From a virus, in IMG/VR virus record IMGVR_UViG_3300030107_002828, positions 4,851 through 68,850 of that record: a stretch of 64,000 bases of DNA. The stretch is one strand, 5' to 3'. Numbering within the stretch: the stretch's first letter is position 1; each line of letters opens with the position of its first letter. The position numbers were made by a program, and so were the translations under genes. Below, in pieces: positions 56,801-64,000 of this stretch. The notes under the pieces are model-generated. The model did no database searches. It had not been told where the DNA came from and saw nothing but the letters and a program-made list of their open reading frames with translations.

Positions 56801-59800
56801 CCATGTTCCTAGTACTATTGCAGGAGGAACTTCAACATCTATATATCAAGTACAAAGTGAAGCTAATAGAGATTTAAATAGATCTTTAGACGCAGAGACA
56901 GTTGCTATATTAGAATCAGAAGGTATACCTACAATAAAAAGAAATGGTAAAGTATATTACGATAAATCAAAGGCGAATAATATTGATATAATTCTTACTG
57001 ATAAAAAAGGAAATATAGTTACTCATGAAAAAAGCGATAAAAGAAGAGGTATTAAAAAAGGTGACCCTGTAAGCACTATTCAAGAAGCTCAAAGTGAACA
57101 ACTAAAATATTCAACCTGGAGTTGGAAAACATTTTTATCTAAGATAGCTGATCCTAATTGGAGAAAGCAACAAGCAAATAAAATAAAGGTACTTAAAAAT
57201 ATAGCCAAAACAATAGCAGATGATTTAAACTCAGTGGCTAAAGATAGTGAAGCTTATAAAAGAAAATTAACCTACTGGACAGCGTGGTTAGAAGCTCAAG
57301 TAAATAACAGCATGCATCCTATCAGGGCTTTAGCTCCTATAAAATTTTGGAGTAAATTAATGAAAGGCAAAATGAGAGCAGAACATGCTTTCCCTGCTAA
57401 TCAAGTTGCTAGTATGATTTTAGGTATGGCAAAAAGAAATACCGTAGATAGAGACTTTAAGTTTATTGAAAAAAATTATATTCAAGGTAAAATAACAGAA
57501 GTTCAAGATAATTTAATAAAAAGAAACTATGATGGCGTAGATCTTACTAGAGATATACAAGATGAGTTTTTTGATAATGAAACCGGAGTTTGGATAAGAT
57601 ATACAGATCCTTCTATTAATGATAAAAAAGGTGGTATTAATAATAATACTTTATTGGTTTGGGATAAAAATGGAAAAAGACAAACTCTTACTGAATCATT
57701 AGGTGTAGGTTTAACGCCTTCTCAATACAATATGCCAAAAGGTGGTCCTAGAGCGGGAAGAATGAATCAAAACCTTATACAAGAGCAAAACAACTTTATA
57801 TATGATATGCTTACAAAAGGTGAGCCAACTGCTAAGGTTGCTAAAGAAAGATTAACTGCTAAATATAATTTAAAAGTTCAAAGAACTAAAACAAATGTAG
57901 TTGCTAAGAATAGTAAATCATTTGGTGATCAAATATTTGATGAAGAAGCTACTAGTACTGCTCAAAAAGAAACAATGTTAAATTCTTTAGAAACTAGAGT
58001 TTTAGCGGCTAAACCTAATAGACCTGCAAAAGGTATAAGTATATTTGATTTTGATGATACACTTGCTAAAACAAAAGAAAAAGTAATTGTTATTGATAAA
58101 GATGGTAAAAGAAGTGAAATATCAGCATCAGAATTTGCTAAAACAGCTGATATATTAGTAGAAGGAGGAGCTTCATTTGATTTTAGTAATTTTGAAAAAG
58201 TAGCTAAAGGAACTAAAAAAGGACCATTAGCTGATATTGCTTTAAAACGTCAAGGTAAGTTTGGTAGTGGTGATATATTTGTTTTAACCGCTAGACCACA
58301 AAGCGCGGCTCCAGCTATAAAACAATTTTTAGATAGTATAGGATTAGATATACCTTTAGAAAATATAACAGGATTAGCAGATGGAACAGCTCAAGCTAAG
58401 GTTGATTTTGTTTTAAATAAAACCGCGGAAGGATATAATGATTTTTATTTTGCTGACGATTCTATTCCTAATGTTAAAGCGGTAAAAGAAATATTAAATG
58501 AAATAGATATAAAATCTGATACTGTTATAGCTAAAGCTTCTAAACAAGATTCATTAAATAAAGATTTTGAAAAACAAATAGAAGAAGTTACTGGTGTTGA
58601 AAGTTTTAAAAAATATTCAACAGTTAGAGCTAAGTTAGAAGGAAAGAAAAAGGATGCTGGTTTTCTTAAAAGAGTAAAAAGACAATTTACTATAACCTCT
58701 TCTGCGGATGACTTCTTAGGTTTGTTATATCCAATCATGGGTAAAGGCGAACAAGGAAATAAACATAGAAAGTTTATTGATGATAATTTAATGAATCCAT
58801 ATAATAAAGCTGAACAAGAATTAATGTCAGCTCAAATGAGTATTGCTAGAGATTTTGAAAATCTTAAAAAACAGTTTCCTAGTTTAAAAAGTACTGGTTT
58901 AAGCAATCCTTTAATGGATGAAATTGGAGTTGGACCTTATACTAAATCTCAAGCAATTAGAGTTTATATGTGGCACAAGCAGGGTATGGAAATTCCTGGT
59001 ATGTCTAAGCGAGATATTAATGATTTAGTAAAAGCGGTTGAATCAGATAATGAGTTAAATGTTTTTGCTGACGAGGTAATGCTTATAACAAAAGGTCATG
59101 GTTACCCAGCTCCTACTAATAATTGGTTAGCTGGTAATATATCACAAGATATTATATCAGAATTACAAACTGGACTTAGACCGATGCTTATGGCGGAGTT
59201 TAATGAAAATGTAGAAAAAATATTTACTCCTGATACAATGAATAAGTTAGAAGCTATTTATGGAAGTAAATGGAGAGAGGCTTTTGAAGATAATTTACGT
59301 AGAATGAAATCCGGTAGTAATAGACCGGTTTATGTAGGTGGTGGAGCTAGAATAGTAAATGAAATGTTAGATTGGTTGAATAAAGCAGTTGGTAATATGA
59401 TGTTCTTAAATATTAGATCTGGTACATTACAGCTTTTATCTAATGTAAATTTTATAAATTGGGGTGATAATAATATATATAACGCAGCAAAAGCTTTTGT
59501 AAGTAAAGATTATTGGCCAACAGTAATGAAGTTATTAAATTCTGATTATTTAGTTAATAGACGTGATGGATTAAAAATTAATGTTAATGAAGCTGAATTA
59601 GCAGATGCTGGTAAAAAAGGTGGGTTTAAAGGTGCTTTATCTTATTTACTTGACAAAGGTTTTGTTATAACAAGAATAATGGATAGTGTAGCAATTGCAA
59701 CAGGTGGAGCCACATTCTTTATCAACAGAAAAAAAGCTTTATTAAACAGAACAAATCCTGAAACTAATAAAAAATATACTGAAGCAGAAGCAGAAGCAAA

Positions 59801-60785
59801 AGCATTTGATGACTTCTATGCTATATCTGAAGAAACTCAGCAGTCTAGTAATCCAAGTAAAATATCTCAACAGCAAGCAAGTTTGTTTGGTCGTACAATA
59901 TTAGCTTTCCAAAATGTTACAATGCAGTACAATAGAAAGGCTAAGAAAATGTTACTTGATTTAATTAATAGAAGAAAAAGACCAGGTATGACACAGCGTG
60001 AAAGTGATCTTAGTAATATATCTGGTGTATTGTATTACACTACTGTACAAAACCTAGTATTTAATTCTATGCAACAGGCTTTATTCGCGTTAATGTTTGA
60101 TGATGCTACAGATGAAGAAGAAAAAGATAAAGCCGCGAATATACTTAACGGTATGTTAGATTCTATATTATTTGGATTTGGATTTGGTGGAGCTATAACA
60201 TCTACAGTGAAAAATGTAGGATTAAAAATATTAAGTGAATCTGAAAGAAAATCTCCAGATTATGAAGAAGCGGTGTGGGAAGTATTTAATGTATCACCTG
60301 TTATAGATTCTAAGGTTCGTAAATTAAGATCTGCAGCTAAAACTTTTAATTGGAATATGGATAAGGTAAAATCAAGAGGTTGGAGTATAGAAAATCCTGC
60401 GTACTTAGCTGTAGCACAAGTATTATCTTCTGGTTTTAATATTCCTATAGATAGAGTTTTACAAAAATATAATAATATGGCTCAAGCTATGGACGAAGAA
60501 ACTCGTACTTGGCAAAGAATAGCTTTAATTATGGGTTATAGTGGTTGGAACTTTGATCTACCTTATTGGGGAACACAAAGCCATTTATTAGCAGAACAAG
60601 CTGAGATCGAAGAAATGAAGCAAGATTATAAATATAATGCTAAAAAATTAAAAGCTCAAGGATATAAAAGAATACCATTAACTGGACCTAAAGCAGGTAA
60701 ACCCGATGGTAAATTAAATGAAGATTATATAGAAGTAGAGAGATGGGATGGTGTTATAGAATATTGGATAAATTTAAATAAATAA
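50883..60785 (+). CDS. giant (3300 aa) polyvalent virion/ejection protein: membrane segment, zincin, sigma2-like module, HAD phosphatase
   Basis: Gly/Ala hydrophobic stretch near 53100-53230; HEFLH at 54375; FDPSK..STY at 55719; DFDDT/LTAR/FADD at 58047-58460. Confidence 0.85.
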   Translation: MQDKLNQILFKSDYWKNLSNPEKSALNYPYAAGEEQRRKWLEEHGVLEQTNVAVEEEVSGDDNIEEVEVEEVEPKEESVSTEVLAGRNGAEKMWKYFKDNGQVTQDFETWYKKLKENPSAQEKLYQFGRGKGFITQDYNTWKNKLTGYTGTENITIFGETVNDEEQNTENQANSWSSQNDAIVTKISRLRNNPILFTQADVDAGIAKPNQIGNINAAATNEKIKELQDSAPTIYTFDEEEARATYKAEREQELTDYEKERAGSLGITEEGEEIYDSGSMFKDDKLMHGYLLKHWNKTGLLSGKVNIDKLRTVAERIGFDMNKFERLSKARYDTGEGSLARELLLKLEEYMVTKSTGGRQFILKGNMSGYSTGNVPDISKRVSVLDDRDVLTDEEIESRIQLDKDRVALWQKGELELDTKELAGIIGIRPEAQQFVNSFFPESIDKEDDVNKIASAAISKAAQADPRFALIQNEINEHLVDQSKEKWSELSKKYGENGEITTQTDLEAAQKEFAEWYNKSFNESLQNNKEATDLFQMYGIAGERALDKRLKEDRNYKPGMKDDYVLNWVNDQLDKYEDDDSFHGKVREELAYMAQAFHKVPVTTEEWTNSFEVSLAGGQQRRRQKIVNELNWGLENGKITNDMTLGEARKYVKGLDDRLTWHDWGWTDNDTVGDYLSRKEIRKENTEDRIQFDLDERDAALKHLNNFVTREVEDGMFDSIEGFGSTIVGGIDQITHMAPRIAGYGLMTAGTLATVFSGGTATPVGAGLFYTGMGLSAIGNTVQGAMEYADIYMSSLENKMTEQYGEGGFTTDEYIQALNEGLGMHQGAAVAGGVGVAASEFAFDVLGSKLGGSGAGLLFKNPAMQTIVKNTLGRYLARAGTMYGEYKLGQYKEGVTEGFQSYLSQATTNMASGYASPFSRNIDFDQIYTEYKAGKKMGSLFGMGGIAGQFKGGLYSADGYVANATKIAENIDMSPDSSTFLTANAHFDQLIENVNSDTKLDPKQKREAIKNISDIRSSTIKIPKTITGETKGKLIDLLIEKKTLETKIKAVGDTDISASDISRKNAIGEEIQKIVDDANVELALDKNVGNVRQIVHKSSKGKITIDEVADAKEANAFAKSERLQGWKTKYSSNQGTILQNPKTGEQKIIINRDQALKDQAVNVAGHEFLHGLLFETVKNSPETAINMGNALDSELKKLKVSEDSKYYKRLERYKNDPEAMTAEEKLTLFSDALASGDLKFNENIFTQIGDNIRRVLQAVGLKGIKFNNGRDVYNFIKDYNSSIEKGELNIAQEKLLAGKAEGDLIVDEVIDTDKKAKASKPGTKTTIPKSAPTKDIYKDFAERTWAEDLQKSKDNINTQFGAGTVETIKQTVPWETFKKRQIERGIDWDGQIKANDESRMQRDYEAVQRDIKKQKDAIKAEKFRTTAPRDKFGSIDTDKILAEKKKKEIQGKSSKSDKKVSKARQADLDRMTPNQRRAEEGYSPWELVRQPDGSLKLDSKFIGRTAAIAALKRQGDSNQGMDSLLKKDKAFEPQYSAKSSKGDTQSLSNLTKEYQDGNYDNVEDLAAQYQAAGRDALKRWAGQRKVPLNLSNPQFNNEVTSLLNKEFPSFIKNFDPSKSEASTYMNQIAKRVGPKIVEEATRKGKQVSQDVLSEKGVAVETTTQKDFDSTKQKDTGRKKKYPSSIPAVKNQITENVAADLVGGIVDGKPVGLAKDIISSINRNTDPEKVAQNIIADTKDKSVMRTMRELVGKWGSPEYNAFVNTIIDQGLIGTIPASTIKRRLGRQSNVDSGLINYKKIGKTDQIKVKDGKKTYSRPDVYAITKLDKNKLKDYYKDNEKRQQSLFSMLTEGIMAEGVQTLRNDKNFMDKLQDVLELKKSPLTAEEFMDGLEQKLDQRTKEDRSLDEVTVKSAKKDVPLTAKEKKQLKDDARVQIKELNDYNTLPTKAGVKLTKDEKQIKQVGTITAHYKMGDSFHVPSTIAGGTSTSIYQVQSEANRDLNRSLDAETVAILESEGIPTIKRNGKVYYDKSKANNIDIILTDKKGNIVTHEKSDKRRGIKKGDPVSTIQEAQSEQLKYSTWSWKTFLSKIADPNWRKQQANKIKVLKNIAKTIADDLNSVAKDSEAYKRKLTYWTAWLEAQVNNSMHPIRALAPIKFWSKLMKGKMRAEHAFPANQVASMILGMAKRNTVDRDFKFIEKNYIQGKITEVQDNLIKRNYDGVDLTRDIQDEFFDNETGVWIRYTDPSINDKKGGINNNTLLVWDKNGKRQTLTESLGVGLTPSQYNMPKGGPRAGRMNQNLIQEQNNFIYDMLTKGEPTAKVAKERLTAKYNLKVQRTKTNVVAKNSKSFGDQIFDEEATSTAQKETMLNSLETRVLAAKPNRPAKGISIFDFDDTLAKTKEKVIVIDKDGKRSEISASEFAKTADILVEGGASFDFSNFEKVAKGTKKGPLADIALKRQGKFGSGDIFVLTARPQSAAPAIKQFLDSIGLDIPLENITGLADGTAQAKVDFVLNKTAEGYNDFYFADDSIPNVKAVKEILNEIDIKSDTVIAKASKQDSLNKDFEKQIEEVTGVESFKKYSTVRAKLEGKKKDAGFLKRVKRQFTITSSADDFLGLLYPIMGKGEQGNKHRKFIDDNLMNPYNKAEQELMSAQMSIARDFENLKKQFPSLKSTGLSNPLMDEIGVGPYTKSQAIRVYMWHKQGMEIPGMSKRDINDLVKAVESDNELNVFADEVMLITKGHGYPAPTNNWLAGNISQDIISELQTGLRPMLMAEFNENVEKIFTPDTMNKLEAIYGSKWREAFEDNLRRMKSGSNRPVYVGGGARIVNEMLDWLNKAVGNMMFLNIRSGTLQLLSNVNFINWGDNNIYNAAKAFVSKDYWPTVMKLLNSDYLVNRRDGLKINVNEAELADAGKKGGFKGALSYLLDKGFVITRIMDSVAIATGGATFFINRKKALLNRTNPETNKKYTEAEAEAKAFDDFYAISEETQQSSNPSKISQQQASLFGRTILAFQNVTMQYNRKAKKMLLDLINRRKRPGMTQRESDLSNISGVLYYTTVQNLVFNSMQQALFALMFDDATDEEEKDKAANILNGMLDSILFGFGFGGAITSTVKNVGLKILSESERKSPDYEEAVWEVFNVSPVIDSKVRKLRSAAKTFNWNMDKVKSRGWSIENPAYLAVAQVLSSGFNIPIDRVLQKYNNMAQAMDEETRTWQRIALIMGYSGWNFDLPYWGTQSHLLAEQAEIEEMKQDYKYNAKKLKAQGYKRIPLTGPKAGKPDGKLNEDYIEVERWDGVIEYWINLNK

Positions 60786-60790
60786 AAATT

Positions 60791-61024
60791 ATGTGGAAAT
60801 TAACTAAACAATATTGGAAAGATATGTGGAATTATTTGTGGAGTAAAACCTCTGTAGATGAAAAAGCTATTTCAACAATTAAAGAAATCAAAAAAAGATA
60901 TAAACTAACTACTCAAGAATTATCTGATGTAGCTCAAGCAATTAAAGAAGTTGGTAATCAACTTGGTGATATTGATGATGCTGTAAAAGGTAAGGCACGT
61001 AAAGGTAGAAAATTAAAAAAATAA
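60791..61024 (+). CDS. hypothetical protein
   Basis: 77 aa; amphipathic N-terminus and coiled coil. Confidence 0.7.
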   Translation: MWKLTKQYWKDMWNYLWSKTSVDEKAISTIKEIKKRYKLTTQELSDVAQAIKEVGNQLGDIDDAVKGKARKGRKLKK

Positions 61025-61027
61025 ATT

Positions 61028-61336
61028 ATGAGTAAATTTTCAAGTCCTTTTATGGCGAAAAGCCCTTTAAAATCAGAAGGTGGTAAATGGGGTCAAAGAG
61101 ATCCAGGAACAAATTATTCTCAAAGAGAAAAATTAGAAGATCCAAAAGGTCATAGTAAATCAGTAAAAAAAGGCCTTAAAAATCTACCCACTATATTATT
61201 AGCAGGAGCTGCTAGTACAGTAGGAGCAATGCCTACTATTTTAGCATCAACAGCGGCTGCAGCAGGAGCAGCAGGAGTAGGATATGTAGCAGAAAAAATA
61301 TTCGGAAAGAATCCTTTTTTAGATAAAAAAAAATAA
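61028..61336 (+). CDS. SPL motif protein with hydrophobic C-terminus
   Basis: MSKFSSPFMAKSPLK; Ala/Gly-rich TM-like segment. Confidence 0.65.
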   Translation: MSKFSSPFMAKSPLKSEGGKWGQRDPGTNYSQREKLEDPKGHSKSVKKGLKNLPTILLAGAASTVGAMPTILASTAAAAGAAGVGYVAEKIFGKNPFLDKKK

Positions 61337-61346
61337 AAAATAAACA

Positions 61347-61580
61347 ATGAAAAAAATAACTTTAATCTTATTATTATTAATAACATTTAATATTAATGCA
61401 CAAAAAAGAACAAATTGTGTTACAACTATTGTAGAAAAAGTAAATGACTACAAAGTAAAAGTAATTAAAAAAAATACATGTGGTAATACTACAGTTATAA
61501 AGATCCAAACCTATTTAAAAAGGGATTGGGAAGCATTACAAAAGAAAAGAAAATCACGTAAAAAAAGAAAAACTAAATAA
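61347..61580 (+). CDS. small secreted protein
   Basis: Signal peptide MKKITLILLLLITFNINA-Q; two Cys; basic tail. Confidence 0.65.
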   Translation: MKKITLILLLLITFNINAQKRTNCVTTIVEKVNDYKVKVIKKNTCGNTTVIKIQTYLKRDWEALQKKRKSRKKRKTK

Positions 61581-62806
61581 TGAAACAAATTTTATTTACC
61601 CTATGTATGCTTATTACATTTAATATAAGCGCACAAGAAAAAGATAAAGGTAGATTTTTTAAATCTATTTATAATGAACTCTTTAAATATAGTACAGTTT
61701 ATGTAGCAGGTGATATGCAAAATCCAAAAGAAAATGCACCAGATTACTTTGTAAGACCTGGTGAAGATGGAGGATTATATAGTATACCACAGGTTGTAGA
61801 TGGAACTGTTTACCATGAATTTGATTATAGATATGGTATAGGTGTCAGAAAACTAGCTAGATATGATTATGAAGTTAAAGGTGCACAATACTATGATGGT
61901 ACTGAAAACAATGTAGGTTTATCTGCCACTAATTCTCCAGTTAAAGGATTAGAATATGTATTTCATTGGGAAAAAGAAAGAGAAAGAGATGAGCTATATG
62001 ATAATCATAGATACTTTTTAAAACATAGTGGTAAATATCACATGGTTAAATTAGAGAGTAGAAAACAAGGGAAAGTAAATTTTGATTATAAATCAGCAGA
62101 GGTAAGAGCTAAATTACCTATTGGTAAAAAGTTTAGTATAAGTGCAGGCGCTATTTATAGAACACATGAAAGACCTTACGGGTATAATCCAGTAGAAATA
62201 TGGTTAAATGAAACTACAGAATACGTGATTGATGGTCAAGTATATGAATATCCAGCTAATCCATGGTATACTTTAGGTTTTTATTATGGATATGATGATA
62301 TTTATTATACATCAACTAGCTATGATCCTAACACAGGTCAAGAAGTACAAACATCAGATTGGTATTGGGTTAATCCTGAAGGTGAAATCGTTGCTTATAG
62401 TGATTTACAATTTCGTGATACTATATTTCCTAATTTAATGAATCGTTATAATAATGAAATGTGGGAAGGTATAGATAACTTTGGAGTTGTATCTCCTGTG
62501 GTCGGTTTTGACTTTTACCATTACAAAAATAAATTCTGGCTTCACGCGTATGGATCCTATTTGTTACCATATCACAAATATGTACATGGTGACGAAGCTT
62601 TTAGTTATTTAAATAGAAATAATTGGGGCATGGGAGGATTAAGAGAAGATGCAGAACACGAACAATGGGAAGATTATCAAACCGGATTAGTTTTTGGTTG
62701 GAAAATAAATAGAAGTATAGGGATTTTCTTTGAAGGCGAATATACTAAGTTCTGGGATTCAGAAATATATAACAGTTCAGTTGGTCTGAACATAACACTA
62801 AGATAA
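61580..62806 (+). CDS. putative outer-membrane beta-barrel protein
   Basis: Signal peptide ...FNISA-Q; alternating aromatic strands (FSISAGAIYR, VGFDFYHY, IGIFFEGEY, VGLNITL). Confidence 0.7.
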   Translation: MKQILFTLCMLITFNISAQEKDKGRFFKSIYNELFKYSTVYVAGDMQNPKENAPDYFVRPGEDGGLYSIPQVVDGTVYHEFDYRYGIGVRKLARYDYEVKGAQYYDGTENNVGLSATNSPVKGLEYVFHWEKERERDELYDNHRYFLKHSGKYHMVKLESRKQGKVNFDYKSAEVRAKLPIGKKFSISAGAIYRTHERPYGYNPVEIWLNETTEYVIDGQVYEYPANPWYTLGFYYGYDDIYYTSTSYDPNTGQEVQTSDWYWVNPEGEIVAYSDLQFRDTIFPNLMNRYNNEMWEGIDNFGVVSPVVGFDFYHYKNKFWLHAYGSYLLPYHKYVHGDEAFSYLNRNNWGMGGLREDAEHEQWEDYQTGLVFGWKINRSIGIFFEGEYTKFWDSEIYNSSVGLNITLR

Positions 62807-62807
62807 T

Positions 62808-63239
62808 ATGAGTACAGGAAATTATGCCCTAGATCAAAGATTGGGTCGCCAACACGCGGCAATGGAAGCTAAACTAGGTCAAGCTGGTGAAGATGCTTTA
62901 AAGTGGATGGCTATGGATACTAGAGAGTTAGAAGACCTGTATAAAAGAGGTATGTCAGGTCGTGCTGGAGGTAACAGCTCACCAGGTTTAGAAGCTGAAT
63001 TAAAACGAAGAAGAGCTGGTGTTGGAGGTGGAGACCCGAACATGATAGCTCATTTACAAAACGAACATGGTGGAAACATGCAGACAACTCCACCACCGGA
63101 TCCAGGAGCTATTAGTGAAACAATGACACCTCAAGGTATAGAACAAGAAGAAGCAAATACATTTGACAGCGGTACAAATCAAGCTGCTACTGGTATGTTT
63201 GGGATACGAATGGGTATGTCTTTTAAAAGAAAAATATAA
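62808..63239 (+). CDS. Gly/Met-rich hypothetical protein
   Basis: 143-aa ORF. Confidence 0.65.
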   Translation: MSTGNYALDQRLGRQHAAMEAKLGQAGEDALKWMAMDTRELEDLYKRGMSGRAGGNSSPGLEAELKRRRAGVGGGDPNMIAHLQNEHGGNMQTTPPPDPGAISETMTPQGIEQEEANTFDSGTNQAATGMFGIRMGMSFKRKI

Positions 63240-63253
63240 AAACTAAATAAAAA

Positions 63254-63691
63254 ATGAAACTATGGAAACTTGTCCTTTATGTGGCGGTCATTGCGGCCTT
63301 TGTTAGCAGCTGCGCGTCGTTAACGCCAGCACCGTCAAACACAATTAAAGTCTTAGCTGTAACAGCTGAAGGCGATACAATACAACTAGATGTTAATTCA
63401 TTAAGACCTAGAGTGTATCAAAACATATACCATACATATCCTTATTATCATAATTATTGGAGACCATCTCCTTATTATGGTTGGGGTTGGAATAACTATT
63501 ATTACACTAGACCTCAAGGAACTAGACCAAATATTCCTAATGTAACTATACCAACTAAACCGACCGGTACATATAATAAACCTGCTAATACAGGAACTGG
63601 TCCATCGTTAAGTCCAAGTTTAAGTACACCAACAAATTCTAATACAAATAAAAGAGGAAATGGCAGCACCACAAATAGGGGAATCAACTAA
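63254..63691 (+). CDS. lipoprotein with Tyr/Pro-rich tail
   Basis: Hydrophobic leader followed by lipobox-like VSS-C. Confidence 0.7.
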   Translation: MKLWKLVLYVAVIAAFVSSCASLTPAPSNTIKVLAVTAEGDTIQLDVNSLRPRVYQNIYHTYPYYHNYWRPSPYYGWGWNNYYYTRPQGTRPNIPNVTIPTKPTGTYNKPANTGTGPSLSPSLSTPTNSNTNKRGNGSTTNRGIN

Positions 63692-63950
63692 AATAACACT
63701 AGATCTTAAAACTATCGGAATGATAGTGGGTTTTACTATTACAATTGCAAGTATGTATTTTGTAATGCAGGCAGATATTGCGGAAGCTAAAGAATTGCCT
63801 AAACCAGAAATATCTAAGACAGAATATGAACTAAAAGACGAATTGATTAGAAATACTATAATGGATACTCAAGAAGACGTTGAAGAAATAAAAGAAACTA
63901 TTGATAAAATAGATGAGCGTTTATATGAGATCAATAAAAAAATAAACTAA
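63660..63950 (+). CDS. single-pass membrane protein with coiled coil
   Basis: IGMIVGFTITIASMYFVM followed by heptad repeats. Confidence 0.7.
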   Translation: MAAPQIGESTKITLDLKTIGMIVGFTITIASMYFVMQADIAEAKELPKPEISKTEYELKDELIRNTIMDTQEDVEEIKETIDKIDERLYEINKKIN

Positions 63951-64000
63951 TGAAATACTTAAATATATTTTTATTATTATTATGTTTTAATACTTATGGA
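63950..64000 (+). CDS. 5' fragment of a signal-peptide protein
   Basis: MKYLNIFLLLLCFNTYG; TAATG coupling; truncated by the window. Confidence 0.55.
   Translation, partial: MKYLNIFLLLLCFNTYG

Noticed and set aside
58041-58064. DFDD as a crAss-type virion RNA polymerase catalytic motif
   Set aside because: RNAP needs DxDxD; this is DxDxT with downstream HAD motifs II-IV.
2398-62862. Short ORF-track entries antisense to or nested in long genes (e.g. 2398, 2592, 3846, 6180, 8993, 15541, 17558, 22586, 27961, 32163, 42098, 58445, 62677)
   Set aside because: They overlap well-supported genes, often use non-ATG starts and show no motifs; treated as shadow ORFs.
1-64000. Stop-codon reassignment as in some crAss-like phages
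   Set aside because: The standard code gives dense, full-length genes, and TAA, TAG and TGA all act as stops.
1-64000. Prophage or lysogeny module
   Set aside because: No integrase, clear repressor or host genes in this window; the rest of the genome is not visible.

Overview
This window is about 64 kb of an AT-rich, tailed dsDNA phage genome with podovirus-like genes. The host is probably Bacteroidota/Flavobacteriia: starts are A-rich with no Shine-Dalgarno motif, and the gene set resembles marine GroEL-encoding flavophages. Two arms diverge from a non-coding, palindrome-rich switch at about 14.6-15.0 kb. The left arm (minus strand) carries small early ORFs, an array of tRNA-like and other structured RNAs, DNA ligase, a sigma70-family factor, ERF, RecE-like exonuclease, SSB, T7-type primase-helicase, a dCMP-type thymidylate synthase homologue, MazG-like enzymes and a resolvase. 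The right arm (plus strand) carries fibres, GroEL/GroES, small proteins sharing an N-terminal motif, holin, terminase, portal, scaffold, capsid, tail, ejection proteins, a 3300-aa protein and envelope proteins. Four observations stand out. (1) A 131-nt mini-tmRNA-like RNA with a G3-U70 Ala acceptor stem, and an array of about 9 structured RNAs including anticodon-less tRNA mimics, most ending in N-CUA. (2) Two phage-specific promoter motifs with 6 copies each. (3) A sigma70 region-2-like module inside the giant virion protein, bracketed by K-x-S-K motifs next to a zincin, suggesting an injected, proteolytically released early sigma factor. (4) A probable cytosine-modification pathway. All calls come from reading motifs by eye; no database search or folding program was run.
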